Assembly: GCA_046757025.1 (NCBI GenBank)
Contig: JBHHXN010000183.1
Location: 1-10,412 of the forward strand
Length of the DNA stretch: 10,412 nucleotides
Source: a bacterium
GTDB lineage: Bacteria > Zhuqueibacterota > Zhuqueibacteria > Oceanimicrobiales > Oceanimicrobiaceae
Reading direction: 5' to 3'
Shown here: positions 6,643 to 10,412 of the stretch, piece after piece
How the letters are laid out: each line of letters opens with the position of its first letter
Position numbering within the stretch: position 1 is the stretch's first letter
Translations under genes and position numbers: made by a program
The notes under the pieces: model-generated
The model's database searches: none
Told to the model about the DNA's origin: nothing
What the model saw: the letters and a program-made list of their open reading frames with translations, nothing else

Positions 6643-7645
6643 TTGCAAGGGCAGCCTTTCGATAACGGCACTCTGGATGCTGGCCCTGTTGAGCCTGTTG
6701 GGGCTGGGGGTCATGCGTAACGTACTCATGGGTTTGAAGCTGGAAAATTACGCAACACGCTCAGCCGAAGCCGCGTGGTTGGCCAGAGCCGGCGTTTATC
6801 ACGCCATATCGGTTTTAACAATCCAAGCTGCAGCCGATTCTCTGCAATCCTTTGATGCGCTTACGCAACCCTGGGCACACGATCCAGAGCGGTTTGCACA
6901 AGTCGCCTGCGGACAGGGTGTTTTCGAAGTGTCGTACCCGAATCCGACAAGTGATCCTGAATTGAGCCGCATCTACGGCATGGTGGATGAAAACAGAAAA
7001 ATCAACCTCAATCGGGCTTCAAGAGAATGGCTGTTGCGGCTGCCTGGCATGACCGCGGCGAAAGTCGCCGCGCTTCTGGACTGGCGCGATGACGATGACC
7101 AAGTTCGAAAAGACGGAGCGGAAGCCACTTATTACAAACAATTGGAGCATCCACATAGCTGCAAAAACAGCGATTTTGAATTTGTTGAAGAATTGACGCT
7201 GGTGCGGGATTTCACAGAAGAAGATTTGCGCAATCTCAGTGAGCTAATCACTGTGCACGGCGACGGCCAGATCAACATCAACACCGCAAGTGAGAAAGTT
7301 CTGGAAATAATGGGGCTGGATCCAGAGCTTGCCCGAAAAATCGTTCGTTTTCGCTCGGGTTCAGACGGCCAGCCATTCACCAGCGACGATGTGGTATTTC
7401 AAAAAGTTGACGACATCGTAAAACAATTAACGGACGCGCTGAAACTCAAACCATCTGACCAGGCGCTTTTAAATCAGCTTGTCACAGAACAAAATCTCGG
7501 CGTGCGATCGTCGCACTTTACCATCGAATCCACCGGCATGAGTATGAATGGACAGGTTCGACGGAAAGTAACCGCGGTGGTCCACCGAGTGAATGCAAAA
7601 CGGGTGGATGTCATTCATTGGACAGAACCCAGGCATTTGAAATGA
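6596..7645 (+). CDS. gspK: Minor pseudopilin GspK
   Basis: ...NCKG|SLSITALWMLALLSLL without Glu5, as expected for GspK. Also ARAGV, DENRKINLNRAS, DWRDDDD, FVEELTLVRDF, ININTAS and SSHFTIESTG. ATG 6596 preferred over TTG 6569. Confidence 0.92.
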   Translation: MEKTENKIKAPSQLRNCKGSLSITALWMLALLSLLGLGVMRNVLMGLKLENYATRSAEAAWLARAGVYHAISVLTIQAAADSLQSFDALTQPWAHDPERFAQVACGQGVFEVSYPNPTSDPELSRIYGMVDENRKINLNRASREWLLRLPGMTAAKVAALLDWRDDDDQVRKDGAEATYYKQLEHPHSCKNSDFEFVEELTLVRDFTEEDLRNLSELITVHGDGQININTASEKVLEIMGLDPELARKIVRFRSGSDGQPFTSDDVVFQKVDDIVKQLTDALKLKPSDQALLNQLVTEQNLGVRSSHFTIESTGMSMNGQVRRKVTAVVHRVNAKRVDVIHWTEPRHLK

Positions 7646-7661
7646 GCAAACACTAAAAATG

Positions 7662-7720
7662 GTAACTCTTCAGTCTGTTTTGTCCTCCCGCAATTGCGGG
7701 AGGAAAGGATGAATAGTTAC
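7662..7720. repeat. 59-bp hairpin element with GTAACT(C/A)TTCA terminal inverted repeats and a central perfect 22-bp palindrome
   Basis: GTAACTCTTCA (7662-7672) and TGAATAGTTAC (7710-7720) are inverted repeats matching at 10 of 11 positions. The interior TCCTCCCGCAATTGCGGGAGGA (7683-7704) is a perfect palindrome. The element lies in the 134-bp gspK-pilM/N spacer. Confidence 0.75.
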
Positions 7721-7779
7721 TAAAACCCAATCAACGCGACACCGTTCAATTTAGATAAAAATTAATTTATACAGGTTTT

Positions 7780-9369
7780 ATGGAAACGATTACTTCGGCA
7801 ATTAACCACGATTCACCGGCGAAGACAAAGCCCAAACCGCTTTCTCAAAAAGCCTTGCAATGGACTTTTGAGCTGCTGCCCAAATCCAGAAAATTCGTTG
7901 GAATTGAATTTGACCGCAATTTGATAAAATTCATTCTGGTGGACAAACGGGGTGTAAAAAATGGTGTGCGGTTGTTAAAAGTCAAATTTCTCTCCTCCAA
8001 CCACGACGACGAAATTCTAAAAGTGCTGCGAGACCACCTTCAGGAAATGCACCTGGCGCCGAATCAACCGGTGACGATTTCCATTCCCCGGCACAGCGTG
8101 CACACAAAAATTTTAAGATTGCCCAGTCATGATCTGAAAGAACTGCGAAAAATGGCGATGCATCAATTACAAAACGATCTCCCTCTCCCCTTTCAGGAAA
8201 TCGTTTTCGACATTAGCCTGATAGCCCGCGAGAACGACGGCTATGCCCGCGTCATGGTGGTGATAGCGCGCAAACGGGACATAAAACGCTACCAGAAATT
8301 GTGTAAAAACGCCGGCCTGACCGTGGAAGCCATTCGCCTGAACATCGAGGCCATCTATCAGTCGTTTTTACGACTGGGCAAAGAAATGCCCGAAATCAAA
8401 TCCAAATGCGTGGCGCTGGTAGATGTGGATTTTTCCGCCACAAACGTCATCATCATCGACAGCGGCAAGCTGCTTTTCTGCCGCAGTGTAGGCCGGGGCG
8501 TAGAAGATTTGATGGAGCGCATGGTGGGCGTTGAACGCCACGCAGAATACGATTCCTGGATGGACGAGCTTTCGAAAGGCGTGGCTGAAACCAACGCCTT
8601 ATTTGAAGCCAACGGTGTGGATGCCCGTGTTGAATTTGTGGCGCTCACGGGTTGGCTGCCGAGAGTGCAAGCGCTGACTCGAATTTTACAGGAAAATTTA
8701 AAGGTACCGGTGAAATGGTTCGACCTCATGATCCCGTTGGGACATTTCCCACAGACCGATTCCGATACCATCATGCAGCACTGGTTTTCGATTTCAACTT
8801 TGCTCGGTATGGCCTGTTCTCGTGATCAAAATCTGATGGATCTACGGCTGTCCGGTGCACAGCAAAATCACAAACGACGAATCATTTTCAGAAAATCGGT
8901 TTACACCAGTTTGCTTATTTTTTATATCCTCGCTGTTTTGACTGGTACCACTAAAGTGGCGCTCAAAAAACGGCAAAAAGTGCTGCTAAATCTAAAACAT
9001 CAGATCGAGCTGCTGCAACCGCAAGTGCAGGCCGTCAACAAATCACAGCAGGTGCAGCAGCTACTGCAAAGTCAACTGGGCTCCACCGAAACCACCTCCG
9101 CTATCATCGCACAACTTCTGGCGAAACTGCCCGCGGGTGTCGAACTCAGCTCGCTGACATTTTTACGCGGCGAAAGACTGGTGGTGCGAGGAGTCGCCGG
9201 TAAGCTAGCGGATGTGTTCAATCTACCCAATTTATTGACATCACAACTGAGTTTTTCCGAAGCCGTCATCGCTTCGGCCGATCGCCGAAAACGCTCCGGG
9301 AAAAAAGAAGAAATTGAGTTTGAAGTGAAAATCACCTTGAGCCAAAACAGTCAACCTGATTCACCATGA
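7780..9369 (+). CDS. GspL-like alignment-complex protein: PilM-type actin-like cytoplasmic domain fused to a TM and a PilN-like periplasmic domain
   Basis: PilM-like motifs FVGIEFDRNLIK, LPLPFQEIVFD...VMVVIARK, ALVDVDFSATNVIII and VALTG. One TM at about residues 373-389, then a Q/L-rich coiled coil and a PilN-like LPAGVELSSLTF...LVVRGVA...EFEVKITL. Occupies the gspL position after gspK. Confidence 0.82.
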   Translation: METITSAINHDSPAKTKPKPLSQKALQWTFELLPKSRKFVGIEFDRNLIKFILVDKRGVKNGVRLLKVKFLSSNHDDEILKVLRDHLQEMHLAPNQPVTISIPRHSVHTKILRLPSHDLKELRKMAMHQLQNDLPLPFQEIVFDISLIARENDGYARVMVVIARKRDIKRYQKLCKNAGLTVEAIRLNIEAIYQSFLRLGKEMPEIKSKCVALVDVDFSATNVIIIDSGKLLFCRSVGRGVEDLMERMVGVERHAEYDSWMDELSKGVAETNALFEANGVDARVEFVALTGWLPRVQALTRILQENLKVPVKWFDLMIPLGHFPQTDSDTIMQHWFSISTLLGMACSRDQNLMDLRLSGAQQNHKRRIIFRKSVYTSLLIFYILAVLTGTTKVALKKRQKVLLNLKHQIELLQPQVQAVNKSQQVQQLLQSQLGSTETTSAIIAQLLAKLPAGVELSSLTFLRGERLVVRGVAGKLADVFNLPNLLTSQLSFSEAVIASADRRKRSGKKEEIEFEVKITLSQNSQPDSP

Positions 9370-9398
9370 GCATGAGAACTTTTTAAGCGCTTAATAAT

Positions 9399-9935
9399 AT
9401 GAAAAGAACTTTTACTACTCGAGAAAAAATTTTGATCGCCGCGGCCATGGCGGGAGTAGCCGGCTATTTGCTAATAAATTTTATCGTTTCCGGACTCCTC
9501 CAGGACTGGCAGCAGACTAAAACGGCCATCAGACATGCGCAAACACAATATTTACGCACCTTAACAATTGTCCGAAATGCCGCTTCCTGGGATCAAAATA
9601 AACAGGCTGCCAACGTCTCCAACAGCATTCAAACAGCGGACTTCCTGCGGGAAATCGAGTCAGCAGCAGGAGCACAGGTGAAGATTCGCCGATTTCATCC
9701 TCTGCATTCTACAAATGAAAATCACTCCAGCTCCAAATCAGGTACCCAGCGAGTGGTTAAACTGCAAATTCAAATTGAATGTTCAGGCAACCTGCCGGCG
9801 CTCATGGCTTTTTTTGAACGCATCGAAAACCAAAACGTTTTGACTCGCATTCGACATTTTTACCTGACTCCCGAGGGACGCGGCAGCGATCAGTTACAAT
9901 GCCAGCTGATATTGGTGCGAATGCTGGCAGTGTGA
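9399..9935 (+). CDS. GspM/PilO-like bitopic membrane protein
   Basis: N-terminal TTREKILI followed by a TM, a coiled-coil stretch, FLREIESAA and IECSGNLPALMAFFERIE (GspM/PilO ferredoxin-like pattern). Follows the GspL-like gene. Confidence 0.8.
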   Translation: MKRTFTTREKILIAAAMAGVAGYLLINFIVSGLLQDWQQTKTAIRHAQTQYLRTLTIVRNAASWDQNKQAANVSNSIQTADFLREIESAAGAQVKIRRFHPLHSTNENHSSSKSGTQRVVKLQIQIECSGNLPALMAFFERIENQNVLTRIRHFYLTPEGRGSDQLQCQLILVRMLAV

Positions 9936-9973
9936 ATTTTACTAATGGTCAATGAAAAATTGAATATTCCAAC

Positions 9974-10412
9974 ATGAAAGAACAAATACTAAAATTTATC
10001 TTCAGGCAAAACATTGAAAAAAACCACCACAGCAACGGGCGATTTAATGGTAAACACACCGCTTCTTCGTTACGGCAAAAAAAGCGACGCTCCTGGAAAG
10101 AATCTTTTCTCAAGCCATTCTCTAACCAGGGAAACCCGTTAAAATATCTTACAGCCGCCGGTCCTTTGACCACCATCAATCGCGCACTTTTCGTCCTGGC
10201 GATCATTTTGACCATTTTGGCGCCGCTGTTTTTGTGGTACGACAGCAAGGTTTTGGCCACACATTCCTTTGACCGGCAAATAGATGACAATGGGGCCACA
10301 CAAAAAACGGAAATCTCAAACAAAAGCAGCCATTCTTTCGCACCACTTGCAGCCCGGCGCCGCTACTTCCGCACGAACGTGCGCGAAAGCGTCGCCACCG
10401 CGGTGGACCCCT
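9974..10412 (+). CDS. Partial ORF running off the window; probable GspC/PilP-position bitopic protein
   Basis: Not in the ORF track because it has no stop in the window. My translation from ATG 9974 is MKEQILKFIFRQNIEK...KKRRSWK...INRALFVLAIILTILAPLFLWYD...ARRRYFRTNVRESVATAVDP, open for 146 codons. It has a basic cytoplasmic N-terminus and one TM. The GspC assignment rests on topology and gene position. Confidence 0.6.
   Translation, partial: MKEQILKFIFRQNIEKNHHSNGRFNGKHTASSLRQKKRRSWKESFLKPFSNQGNPLKYLTAAGPLTTINRALFVLAIILTILAPLFLWYDSKVLATHSFDRQIDDNGATQKTEISNKSSHSFAPLAARRRYFRTNVRESVATAVDP

Noticed and set aside
7683..7704. Rho-independent terminator after gspK
   Set aside because: The hairpin is strong, but it is followed by AAGGA on the plus strand and CAAAA on the minus strand, so there is no U-tract. 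It is better explained as part of the 59-bp element.
3841..9335. Other overlapping short ORFs across the peptidase, pseudopilin and PilM/N genes
   Set aside because: They are nested in or antisense to well-supported genes, with no independent evidence.
9949..10323. 124-aa minus-strand ORF
   Set aside because: It is antisense to the open plus-strand frame from 9974, which has a clear TM and continues the operon.

Overview
Positions 1008-10412 hold one co-directional (+) type II secretion system (T2SS)-like / type IV filament gene cluster in the order gspE-gspF-prepilin peptidase-gspG-H-I-J-K-[PilM/PilN fusion, GspL-like]-[PilO/GspM-like]-[probable GspC-like, cut by the window edge]. No secretin (GspD) lies inside the window. 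The layout is non-enterobacterial: the peptidase sits between gspF and gspG, the GspL position holds a PilM-like protein with degenerate nucleotide-binding motifs, and GspE lacks the c-di-GMP-binding MshEN motif. The first ~1 kb is AT-rich and non-coding but structured. It contains a 140-bp MITE-like element (15-bp perfect TIRs, TAA duplication), a leftward sigma-54-like promoter next to a 20-bp palindrome, and a ~143-bp inverted repeat built from heptamer units whose register is mirrored in both arms. A separate 59-bp hairpin element with IS66-like ends lies between gspK and the PilM/N gene. I cannot show a wholly new system from sequence alone. The best leads are the variant T2SS architecture and the heptamer inverted repeat.
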